From Eledone cirrhosa (taxonomy: Eukaryota), in assembly GCA_964016885.1 (NCBI GenBank), contig OZ024742.1, positions 50,654,001 through 50,718,000 of the forward strand: a DNA stretch of 64,000 nt, read 5' to 3'. Under the pieces are notes generated by a model that worked only from the letters and a program-made list of their open reading frames with translations, made no database searches and was not told the origin of the DNA. The position numbers and the translations under genes are program-made. Position 1 is the first letter of the stretch. The number at the start of each line of letters is the position of its first letter. Shown piece by piece: positions 25,215-37,961 of the stretch.

Positions 25215-26597
25215 TCTAGTAAGATTGTCTACAAATGTAAGGTTGTAACACCCACGTCCCGTAGGGCCTACATAGAGTTAACCGCCAATAGATTCAATCA
25301 GCGTCTTTACATGCATACCCATTCTTTTTGTTACCCTCTAAGAAGGAATATGACGTCACTTTCAGCTTATATCTGGGGTCTAAAAGACAACCACACCCAA
25401 TATAAGTTACACTGGGAGATCCTAGCTAAGGCTAGATCGTATAACTGAAATAAAAGACTATGTGACCTCTGCGCCGCTGAGGCCCTGGATATACTCTACG
25501 CCACAGACCACATCTTAAACAAAAAATCGGAGGCAATTTCGGCTTGTAAACATAAATTGCACAAAATGTTCCTGTATTACAGCCCCACGTTATACCCTAA
25601 CGGATAGTACGATTTATACGTGGATATTTTACGTCTTGATGTGGGAGCTAAGTATGGTTTGTTTATACCATTACTTATTTGCATAGGTAAGTATATTTTA
25701 CCCGTATGTTTTGTGAAGGTATGTATACCTTCTCGTTGATTGTTTATGTTATGGCGTATAATTTTATATATTCTGGTACATATGGTTTGGCTATGTGTAT
25801 ACGGGAGTTTTGCGTCTGTGCGAGTATGCAGGTTCGTACGTATGTTGGGTGTGTGTCTATGTGTACTTCGTGTTTTGGTTGACTTACGTCTCCGAACATT
25901 CGTGTATTCACATGTAGGTATGTGTGTGCGCATGTTATATACGTATTTATTTATTTATATACGTTTATATAATTATTTATTTATTTGTATACACGCATAC
26001 ACACACATATTTATATGTGCGTGGTTTTGTATACCGATGGTAAGTGTTCTGCTTATGCTTGTGTATGTACGTATTTGTTTGCGTGTATGTATTTATTTAT
26101 TTCTGTTACTTCTGTATTGTATTTATTAACTTTGCTCTTAACTCTGTAGCGGAGATTCATTCGGTCTCCTAGTTAGAATTTTAGTCTACGACTTCTGCTA
26201 TACCATTTACGTGGATTTGTCTTTGCGTGCTATTCCACGCTCCACATATGACGTATTATCTTCGTTGTTTTCGTTCATTGCCAGAGAACGTCTCTATGAA
26301 CCACCTAAGAGAACATTAGTATACGACCTCTTTTATACCATAAACGTGGTTCTGTCTTTGCGCGTAATTGTTTTTCACCGCTCCTATTAATGACGTATTA
26401 TATTCGTTTTTTTCCCGTTCTTTGCCAGCGAATGTTTCCACGAACCAAAGTATCGTCTTCCTGTCTTCCTCCGGTTGCAACGTTTTTTGAAATATCCACT
26501 TCTGCGTTTACAGATGGACTTTGTTAGTTTCAGAAGTTCCCGTTAAGGGTCAAAGCAGCGATTATTTGCTTAAACTTTAATCTGTTATTTTAATAAA
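25215..26597 (+). mobile_element. 5'-truncated second copy of PLE-2 (EN domain plus 3' region)
   Basis: Reverse complement of about 18460-19840 (59 of 60 matches in the first 60 bp compared). SSKIVYKCKVVTPTSRRAYIELT. Ends in a long (TA)n. Confidence 0.9.
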
Positions 26598-26602
26598 TAT
26601 AC

Positions 26603-27090
<488 letters not shown>

Positions 27091-27129
27091 ACCTCATTAC
27101 ACAATGCTTCAAGTGAACTATAACTTCCT

Positions 27130-27504
<375 letters not shown>

Positions 27505-27550
27505 TATACATATATATATTTCAAGTTCGTAGGACGATTGTGATATAATT

Positions 27551-27738
27551 GTGGATAGGCTGTATCGGTAGAGGATCGGACGCCATGCTTTACAGCACAG
27601 TTACGTCCCCTTACGGACTGAGTTCAAATCCCACTGAGGTTAACTTTGCCATTCATCCTTACGGGGTCGATAAAATAAAGTACCAGTAATAAACTGGGAT
27701 AATTGCTGGCCTTGTTCCAACAGTAGAAACAATTATTA
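27551..27738 (+). mobile_element. tRNA-derived SINE, full length
   Basis: B box GAGTTCAAATCC and body CCTTACGGGGTCGATAAAATAAAGTACCAGT. Confidence 0.85.
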
Positions 27739-28977
27739 ATGCCACTGGTATTCATAATTATATATATGATATGATGGGTGCCCCCTCGTTATCGAGTATG
27801 GTCATTGCACAAGAAAAAGAACGACATAATATGCGTATGTATATATATAAATATATATACATACGTACATACATACATACATATATATATACATTTTTAT
27901 GTATATATATGTGTGTGTGTCTATGTTTATATATATATATATATATATGATTATGTATGTATACGAAAAATATTTTGTATGTGCAACAAGAAAAATTGAA
28001 GTTGCATAAGAGATTTTATTTACTATATGTTGGTTTCTACAAATACCTCTGTTTACATTTCTTTCTTCTTTTGCATCGAAGTATAATGATGCTCGCATGG
28101 CATTTCGTAAATGCTGTTAAATATATTTCGGATAATACGTTTGTGTAAAATGCTCCATCAGCAAAATATGAGCTCTTATTCCACATCATATTTCCTGAAG
28201 GCACACTTGACCTGCAATGGTATATACATATATAATGAATATCTAATATAAGTATATTACGGAACTTCTCCATCATTTTAACATTCCATTATCAAGTAGC
28301 CTAGAGAGAAAATTTTAATTCCAACTGCCTTGAATCAATGCCTTGTGGGTCAGATTTATCAGGCTTACAGAACGTACCGATATAAAAGTACATTTTTTCC
28401 TTATTGATGAACAAGTTAAATTGGAATTTGTTTTTCGATGATTACAAAATATTGCTATGTTCACATAGAAAATACTGAAAACGTTATCAAACATAATCAA
28501 TATTAAAGTAAACTAAAACATACATTAATCGCCAAAGTATTGAACACTAAGAGCACATATATATTTTCATTTCGAATATTTGATTTCATTGACAAGCATA
28601 TCAGTGTTTCATTACAAATCAATAAATCCCTCAAATGTTCATGAAATCACGTCATTACATTTCAATAACGAATTTAATCGGATGGCATATGTTAATGACG
28701 AGATAGTCTACAATCTAATGTAGCCTAATGGAAATATACATTACGTCCAACAAAGACTTAAATAACACATTGCCCCTACGGTTTTGCTTTCGTTTTCTTC
28801 TCATATATATTCCATCATCCGTGCATTTAGTATGGATTCACATCACTTGTAAAAATACACCAGTTAGAAATATTAGACGTCAAATATCTCCCTCATCCAG
28901 CTCTTTCTCTCTCTCTCTCACAGTCTCTGTGTATATATATATACACGCACACACACGCACACACACACACACACACA

Positions 28978-29310
28978 TCTCGAGTTTTCGCGATTCAAAC
29001 TCACAGACACACACACAGACAGACATCCTCGGGATGTGAGGTAATGCAGACATCCAGACATACAGACATATATTATAAGGGTGCGACGTTATATATATAT
29101 GTATCTATCTAAAAAGAGAAAGACTAAGAATTATAGAGAAAGATCGCTAAATCGCCTATGGTCCCTAGGGCCTTGAACATTTGAAATTTGTTTAGCTCAG
29201 AACGCTCCCTAAAACTTAAGTATCACATGTGTAAATTTTGAGTGGTTCTCGAGTTTTAGGGATTCAAACTGACACACACACATACAGACATCCTCAGTTT
29301 TATATATATA
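28978..29310 (-). mobile_element. Possible non-autonomous Helitron-like end with internal duplication
   Basis: CTCGAGTTTT..GATTCAAACT..CAGACATCCTC occurs at about 28979-29030 and 29248-29296. The minus strand begins TATATATAAAACTGAGGATGTCTG. Family assignment is by resemblance only. Confidence 0.3.
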
Positions 29311-29408
29311 TATATGTGTGTATGTATGTATGTGTGTGAGTGTATATATATATGTGTATATATATGTGCGTGTGTGTGTGTGTGTATATATATATGTAGG
29401 TGTGTATG

Positions 29409-29441
<33 letters not shown>

Positions 29442-29995
29442 ATAAATGTGTATATAAATATATTTATATATGTGTGTGTGTTTTTATGTGTGTATATGTG
29501 TATGTGTATGTGTGTTTATGGTTGCGCGCGAGTGTGTGAGTGAGTGTGTTTTTTTGTGAATGTGTCTGTTGTTTTTTGGTATATAGTTGATTAGTTTAAG
29601 AGAAGTTCGAAGATAATTGTAAGATATGCACTCAGTATTTTGAATCTGTCTACAGAATTCTCTAAACCTTTGTCACTTAGTAGAACCTTAATGAATCTCC
29701 CTTTCCTTTAATTCTATCTACCATGACTGACCCCCCACTGATCTTATAGACATCTGTTAGCTTAAGAGAAACTTAATGACAAGGAATGGTATGCCATCCG
29801 GAACCTGTTTATAGAATTTTGTCTGCCTTTGTTACTCTAAAAACAAAAATTAATAAAAATAAACTATAGCTTTGTAGAATTAGCTTCTAATGAATTCCCT
29901 TTTCTATCAACCAATGACCTACATCCATCCCACTCCCCACCCTCTCCTACCACTTGTAGAGACCTCTAAATACCATATTTATTTTTTGATACCCA

Positions 29996-30035
29996 GATTC
30001 CTGATGATTTCTAAAGAATGAAACAGTTCTAGCCC
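29996..30035 (+). ncRNA. Degenerate hammerhead motif
   Basis: CTGATGA-TTTC TAAA GAAT-GAAA-CAGTTC just upstream of (TA)n. Stem I is poor. Confidence 0.4.
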
Positions 30036-30057
30036 TGTAGAATTTCATCTATATTAA

Positions 30058-30091
<34 letters not shown>

Positions 30092-30099
<8 letters not shown>

Positions 30100-30510
30100 A
30101 GATCAAAAGATGATTAAATGAGTTCCATGTATTTTATTATGCGTATTTCAAAAACAAATATCATCATGCAATAACATTTGTGTTTTCATCAGATAAAATA
30201 GGAGGACATGATATGAAGGTTAAAAACACTTGTGGATAGAGCAGTTTTAAATCAACATATGTTGATTTAAAACTGCACTATCCACAAGTGTTTCTAACCT
30301 TCATATCATGTCCTCCTATTTTATCTGATGAAAACACAAATGTTATTGCATGATGATATTTGTTTTTGAAATACGCATAATAAAATACATGGAACTCATT
30401 TAACCATCTTTTGATCTTATATATTATGTATACTCCAGTCCTACAAACTGTAGAGTGCTTCTTATCCGATATCTGCATTGCTTTATTGTACTACAATAAA
30501 ACTCACCCCC

Positions 30511-30516
<6 letters not shown>
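30092..30516. mobile_element. Near-perfect spacerless 334-bp palindrome (30092-30425) with two outward HHRs, plus right-hand extension
   Basis: Axis at CAT|ATG (30258/30259). Extension 30425-30516 matches the reverse complement of 53222-53315. Confidence 0.85.
30319..30385 (+). ncRNA. Minimal type I hammerhead ribozyme motif (mirror copy at 30132-30198, minus strand)
   Basis: TTTTAT-CTGATGA-AAACACAAATG...TATTTGTTTTT-GAAA-T ACGC A-TA-ATAAAA. Confidence 0.75.
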
Positions 30517-30550
<34 letters not shown>

Positions 30551-30551
30551 A

Positions 30552-32405
30552 AAATCAAGAAAGAAAAGTGCCATGGTATGCTATACAATAAGGGCTTTAT
30601 TCACATTGCTGACAATTGTTTCTCTGAACTGGTTGGTCTAGAGATCGCTACCCACCTGGTTATGCGTCAATCGTTCACCAATACTTTGTTATAACCAGTC
30701 AATTCATCAGAGCATGCGAGAATGAAGGGAATACACAGGCATGGCTTCTATATATAGTAGTGGCATTAAATCAGAACAATAATAACAATACTAACAATAC
30801 TAACAATACTCGCATAAATTAGCTAGACCGTAAATAGTTAAAATAATCACAACATCAATCTAGGTAAGACATAGAGTATACTGATGACGTTATCATGTAA
30901 AACGAGCTGATACGAAGCAGATGTATTAAATTGACATGTAAAAGCTGTCATGGCGCGTATTATATATAGTGTGGAGATAACCTGGGGCTTGAAACAATGG
31001 ACCATTTACTTTTCTGTAGGTTTGCTGACCGTGAGAATTATTTATTATCTGACAGATAAAATATTTTCATTGTTATGAGGATGGTAATGTTTATGTGGTG
31101 TAAAGCGGATTCATTATTTAAGTGGTCTATATTAGATGAAGTGATTGTTAGTTCGAATCATGGGATTGTTTAGCTTTCACAGAATCAATAACAAATCATG
31201 CACGAATAACACAACAATAACAGCAATACAGTAGGTAAGTTAATACAGATGTTAAGGAAGCAAGGTATATATAGAGAGAACATGATGATTACAATTACTG
31301 ATACATTGGGGTGTTCATTATAACAACAGAAGGAAGGTGACACTTCAAGAACTGTGGTAGTAGTCAAATAATGTACTTGGAATTAAGTTCATCTGTTGAG
31401 AATCAAGAGTGGGGAGGTTGTGTTGACATCAACCGAGAAGAGATATATTTATGGATTGATAAGATATTTGCAGACATTAGTGTAGTATAGAATTAAGGAG
31501 GCTAGAAACTGCTTAAAGAATATTATAGTTCTGTGGTGGTTTATGTGAGAGTGCGGATGTCATATGTTGAATGCTAAGTTATGTTGGTTCGAATCACGGT
31601 GGCTTAAATCTTGTGAATTTAGTAGCGATCATGTGTCTGCAGAAAATTGACCTTGCTATCTTGTTGTTGAGTAGCCTTTTATCGTTCCTAAGTATATATA
31701 GTAATTCAAAGTTGCAGAGCCTACAATAGGACATACCGGTACTATATGCCCTTGCGGCCGACAACCTCAACCAGCTGATATTGTAGTCGATGTTTTTGTC
31801 CTTAAGTTCCCAGATTTTTTGGTGAGGGTTGTAGAACCTATTAGTGCACGGTTCTTCATCGAATGTCTGTGCGCATACCATCTTTTTTTAAAAGTACCCG
31901 CGGTGGTTCCAATGTAATGCCAAGTGGAGTTGCCCGAATTCACCGTACACATGTACACTAAGCTCTAATCAAGGCAGATGTTTGCCAATGAGCACCTATC
32001 TGGTAGGTGACAATTGCAGTTTGAGGTGTTATTCCGTGCAGCTTCCACACTGCTGTTTTGTACACTGCTATAAGTGGGTTGTGATTCGTGCCCGTTGATG
32101 TTTTTTTGCGGTTGTGGTACTCTGATATGTTTATGTTTAGAATTTGATGCTATGTTGCGCATATGCGGGGCGGTTTCCTTAGAGGTATTTCTGTGGTTAA
32201 TCTTGCGTATGTGGGATTCTATATTTCCAGCTGTAGAGTATGAGAGTTTTATAGTTTTTCTATTGAGGATTTGATGATATTTATGTGATATAGGGAAGTG
32301 TTTATCTATTAGTTTAAAAAACGTAGAAGGGAGTCTGGTTTTTACAGAGGAGTTGAAGATTGGATTAAATCACAGGTATTTTCTTTCTCTAAAATTTTCT
32401 TTCTG
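30552..32405 (-). mobile_element. Penelope-like element 3' fragment (PLE-4): thumb/linker plus GIY-YIG, 3' region with HHR
   Basis: KLIDKHFP..ILNRKTIKLSYST, CNC....RCSLANIC, HYIGTTAGTFKKRW, CRLCNFE..CRH (31594-32400). Confidence 0.85.
30607..30714 (-). ncRNA. Type I hammerhead ribozyme motif with long stem II
   Basis: Minus strand TGCT-CTGATGA-ATTGACTGGTT...AACCAGTTCAGA-GAAA-CAATTG-TC-AGCA. Palindromic CAATTG and GUC site. Confidence 0.8.
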
Positions 32406-32712
32406 TAAAATAGTAAAGATATAAAGTAAAATATATATTATGTATGTTTACTTGCATATATTTTTTTTTGCCCGTTAAACTTTTGTCTTTCTTGAGGAGA
32501 TATTTCAAATATTTCCCAATGTTTTAAATTGCCTTGTCTGATGAACGAATGCGGACGTGTCTTGTGTTCGACTTATTCGAAAAAACACTGGTAATGTGGT
32601 AATTATACTGTATTGTTTATTATACATTAAATATTTAGCGCTGTAACTAATTAGAGCACTCTTCATTCCTCTGACTTTTTCAATTTTAAACAGAAACTTC
32701 AATACTTATATA

Positions 32713-32771
<59 letters not shown>

Positions 32772-32839
32772 CTTCTTGAGCGGTAATTATTTGTAAATTG
32801 TTATGTTCCTTTAAGTATACTAATATGAGCGAGCAAATG

Positions 32840-32917
<78 letters not shown>

Positions 32918-32921
<4 letters not shown>

Positions 32922-33113
32922 AACCAGTAAGACCCCGACAGCTGAGCTCAAGCCGTTTCGACGGCTAATTCTGCGTCCAGAATTAGCCGTCGAAACGGCT
33001 TGAGCTCAGCTGTCGGGGTCTTACTGGTTCCTATTACCCACTCTACTACCTCAAGTATTGAGTACTTTGGTGCGTTATGGTCCACCTGGTTCCTTACCAC
33101 ATTTCCTTCGTTA
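32918..33113. mobile_element. Perfect fold-back palindrome (32918-33033) of two half-hammerheads, PLE-5 family end
   Basis: 56-bp perfect arms around a CGTC loop. The right arm and extension match the reverse complement of 36580-36720. Confidence 0.85.
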
Positions 33114-33136
33114 TATATATATATATATATATATAT

Positions 33137-33647
33137 AGTTTTGCGAGGTTTTTTATATGAAATCGTGTGTCGAAACAGATATTGTTATATTTGGGGAGGG
33201 TCATATTTGCGTAATATTGCCAGAATTAATAACAGAACACACTCACTGTTTGGTTGGTTTTCGCTTCTCGCTGTCTTTTATATATATATATATCTGCGAT
33301 CTAACTTACTCGGTCCTCAATGTTGCCATTGACTGACCGGCGGTCAAAAATAATACAGATACAATATAGACAAACACATATATATATAGTTTACATAATT
33401 TACATAAATCTTTCGTTGCACATCTGCAACATCGTCAGTGGTGTTATATTCATTGTTCCTCCTGTTGTGTTGTATGTCTACGCCATTTTTTTTTTGTTCA
33501 GTCAATGGCAACATTGAGGACCGAGTAAGTTAGATCGCAGATATATATATATATAAAAGACAGCGAGAAGCGAAAACCAACCAAACAGTGAGTGTGTTCT
33601 GTTATTAATTCTGGCAATATTACGCAAATATGACCCTCCCCAAATAT

Positions 33648-33653
<6 letters not shown>
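33137..33653. mobile_element. Head-to-head pLTR pair (family B) with HHR at about 33402-33443 (-)
   Basis: 33180-33336 is inverted relative to 33497-33653. Minus strand CTGACGA-T-GTTGCA GATG TGCAAC-GAAA. Confidence 0.8.
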
Positions 33654-33699
<46 letters not shown>

Positions 33700-34418
33700 G
33701 TATATAAGCAAATGGGTATACAAACCCCCAAAATACGTGGCTTTCTGTGGATGTGTAAATTTTATAACACACGCTCTATTGAAGACAGAACTAAGAATGA
33801 AAACCGATTAGATGTGTTTATCATTTGCTTTATTTACATGGGAATGATTAGTTTTGGAATGTTTACATGTCTATATATTAATAATATGTATAAACATTGG
33901 TACATTCTCGGATACCCATTCTTTATATATATACAAATATATGTATTTGTTACAATTCTCTGGCTTAAACCAATTCTCAATATGGATCTTGATAGACTAC
34001 TAATGCGAGTGATAATTATTTGTAAATTACTGTGCCCATTTCATTATGCTACTGCGAGTCATCAAGTACATGTTTCTGTTGGGTTGTTTAGATGATATAC
34101 GCACCTTCTAATGAAGATTAAACTAGCTCCGAAAATGGATTAAATGTGTTTATCTTTTTCTCAATTCACAAGGAATCTCCTCTTTCTGTGATGTTTACAT
34201 GTCCATATATTAAAACATGTATATTTATATACACATTGGCGTAGGTGTGTATATATGGTACATATGAGTATATACGACCAAAATGTGAGCTTTAAACTTG
34301 ATTGAGGTTTTACTCATCAATTCGCTCATGTCCTACATTGGAATATCTTTAATATATATGTAAATTCGCTGCAATATCTATTCCATTTGCGTCTATTCAT
34401 ATAAACATAAACACACAC

Positions 34419-34540
<122 letters not shown>

Positions 34541-34901
34541 ATGTGTGTATGCGTGTCTGTGTGTGTGTATTAGAATATCTGGAGATGAACAACTATACGA
34601 CTCACCAGTTATTAACGCAATACACAACTACGAATTCATTATATTAATAACAGTACATACTGTCAGTTTTGATGCATGGTAAATGACTCTGGCAATTTAA
34701 TACATGTAGCATTATTATGGAATTCCTGAAAATTACTAACGACAGAGACTATGAATTCATATCTAATGAACCTATACAGTAATCCACTATTGCTCTTGTT
34801 GAAATTGGCAGCAGGTTAATTTAATTGAACTTCTAGAATTTTAAACACATCTGTCTTCCCAGTGGTAGTATGACATAAAATATATCATATGATATCTTTC
34901 T

Positions 34902-35024
<123 letters not shown>

Positions 35025-35169
35025 GTGTGTGTGTTTGTAAGAACGATTATATACTTCATCTTTATCATCTAACAATTTATCTACCTCTGTTTTTCCCTTC
35101 TTTTTAACTCTCTCTCTCTCTCTCCTTCTCTATATCTCTATATCTCCCTCCCCAATTCTCTCTCTCTTT

Positions 35170-35208
<39 letters not shown>

Positions 35209-35306
35209 GAGAAAGAAAGGGAGAGACAGAGAGTTAGAAATATGTAGATAGATAAATTGTTAGATGATAATAGATAAAGTACATATATACGTACTTACAC
35301 ACACAA

Positions 35307-35442
<136 letters not shown>

Positions 35443-35464
35443 ATAATAATAAATGTGAAGACTA

Positions 35465-35700
35465 AAATCCAGGGTACGTTTCCACGAACCAAAGCATCGT
35501 CTTCCTGTCTTCCTTCGGTTGCAACGTTATTCGAAATATTTACTTCTGCGTTCACAGATTGATTTTTTTAGTGTCAGAAGAACACGTTGAGGGTGAAAGC
35601 AGCGATTATAGCTTACACTTTAATCTGTTATTTTAATAAATATAAATATATATATATATATATATTTATTAAAATAACTGATTAAAGTTTAAGCAAAGAA
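35465..35700 (+). mobile_element. PLE-2-family 3' end fragment with HHR variant and short inverted tail
   Basis: Matches 26430-26597. AGTGT-CAGAAGA-ACAC GTTGA GGGT-GAAA-GC..GC-TT-ACACT at 35570-35619. Confidence 0.75.
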
Positions 35701-35832
35701 AGAGAACTACTTCGACCTCTGCTTGACCGCACCGATTCTGCGCGCACGCGCGCTCTGCAGAATACCTCAATTATCACGAACAACCAACAGCAGAGGACAC
35801 GTTCCATATATATATATATATATATATATTTA

Positions 35833-35875
<43 letters not shown>

Positions 35876-36006
35876 GATAACAAATTATTGTTATAGGTAG
35901 TCCACTTAGATGTGGTCCAGTTACAGTACTCCGAGTAGTGGATAGTACATTATCAGCATAAAGCCCTTATTGTTATTGTATAGCAAACCATGTCACTCTT
36001 CTTTCT

Positions 36007-36058
<52 letters not shown>

Positions 36059-36117
36059 AAGCAAATTATAACTGTAAACATGTAAGTATGTTTTTGAAAC
36101 GGTGTGCGAGTTTGAAA

Positions 36118-36354
36118 ATTAGAAATTAGAAATTAGAATCTTTCATCGTATTTTAGACTAAAGAAATTTCTAGCCTGATAGTGGGGTTTATAACCCTCGG
36201 AGAAATGGAAGAAGATGAGTGTTGCCGTACATGCATACTATGTACGGCAACACTCATCTTTTTCCATTTCTCCGAGTGTTATAAACCCCACTATCAGGCT
36301 AGACATTTCTTTAGTCTAAAATACGGTGAAAGCTAATAATTTCTAATTTCTAAT
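36118..36354. repeat. Near-perfect palindrome (about 115-bp arms)
   Basis: Axis near 36235 (GCCGTACAT GCATACT ATGTACGGC). No canonical HHR. Confidence 0.85.
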
Positions 36355-36459
36355 ATATATATATAATAGAAGAAGTTAATATGCCCGTGGGTACTAAGTA
36401 CCCCTGGAAATATATAGGTTGTCTATGATTTTGCTTATTCTGCTTATCTTAATATATAT

Positions 36460-36495
36460 ATATGGTTCATGTGGTTCCTTACCACAACTCCTCCG

Positions 36496-36583
<88 letters not shown>

Positions 36584-37960
36584 CGGAGGAGTTGTGGTAA
36601 GGAACCACATGAACCATAACGCACCAATAGTACTCAATACTTAGGGTAGTAGAGTGGGTAATAGGAGAAAGTATGACCCCGGCGGCAGAGCTAAAGCCGT
36701 TTCGACGGCTTTTTCTGGACGAAATTAAGAGTTTTTTTAGTCTGGTAAATAAATAGCCGAACTTTTCAATGGGGTACTTCCTCATATGGACATATTGCAG
36801 TTGTCATGGGGATTGGTCAACATTTGTAGCGGACTCAGAAAATACTATCATGGTAGTGGATGCGGGTTGGGGATGGCTGAACTTGCCTGTAGAACGATAG
36901 GGGAGTGGGTAGAGCCGGTCAAGCGCAGAAGGTGAAATCTACACGGCAAATTCTAAGGAATATGTATGAACGTAGGCCAGAAGAGGTTGGCGAAAAATGG
37001 TATCTTTAGAAAGTGGAGGAGGGACGTTATAGAAATAGTAAATTAAATGCGATTAGGGGACAAAGAAAAAATATAATAAAAAAGAATATAATAAACAATG
37101 AGAGAAAGATGTAACAGAAAGTAAGATTGGAAAGTGAGAAGTAAAATAAGGAGTCTAACACAGCTGCTATATTTCGGCCAAAGCCACAGAATGAGTTGCT
37201 AGAAGAGAATAATTGAAAAATTTAGAATTAAAAATTAATACCACATATCTGGGGCCTAACAGAGCAGCTATGAATAGTTAGTATAGTGTAATCAGCGAAT
37301 GCTATCTGTAAGTTACTGGGGTGGGGGTACAGATGCTAAAGAGGCCCGATGGGCTGCTTCGGGGTAGGCGAAAGGGGAAAGAAAACAAAGAAACGAACGA
37401 GGAAGAAGTTCGGTGGTGGAAAGAAGTAATAGGGGGAGACAAAGGGAAGAAGAATACATGGAGGAAAAAGAAAATATGTACATATACCTATATCAGTATG
37501 GGTTTACCCTATCTTATACGGCAAGTGGGGTGTTTCAGCCCTAGTCTAGCCACCCGGATCGTTAGGGGGTTTGAGGGCGAGGTAAGTCTTCCTCAATCTG
37601 TGTTTGCATGCAGTTACCAATTCGTCTCTTTTGTTTAGGAGTTGATCCTTCGTAAACAGCATTTGTAATATTTCCTCCGAGCATAAGTTACACGGACGGA
37701 GTCCTCCCGTGTAAGAGTTAGCTCTGGACAGTAAGCTCAAAGTAAGTTCGTAAGTTATATTATTATCTTGGAGGTCCCAGATATGGCCCGAAAGTGTGGT
37801 GGCATGTCGCCGGACCGGGTTTCGGAACGTATGTCGGTGTTGGTAAAGGCGGGTCTTAAGGTCATAAGCGGTTAATCCTATATAAGCTTAGTTGGAGGTG
37901 TCCGCCCTCACGTTGCGCTGGTAGATCACGTTACGTTTTCGGCATCTGTTTTTGAGAGGT
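36460..37960 (-). mobile_element. Penelope-like element 3' fragment (PLE-5): GIY-YIG domain plus 3' region
   Basis: NVIYQ...AYIGLTAYDLKTRLYQHRHTF...CNLCSEE..LLNKRDELVTACKH (37546-37960). Degenerate HHR at about 36688-36772. Confidence 0.85.
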
Positions 37961-37961
37961 A

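Noticed and set aside
32395-32440. Polypyrimidine tract plus TTTTACAG (minus strand) at the 5' junction of PLE-4 as exonisation
   Set aside because: Such motifs are common in AT-rich DNA, the downstream frame has stops, and no partner exon is visible.
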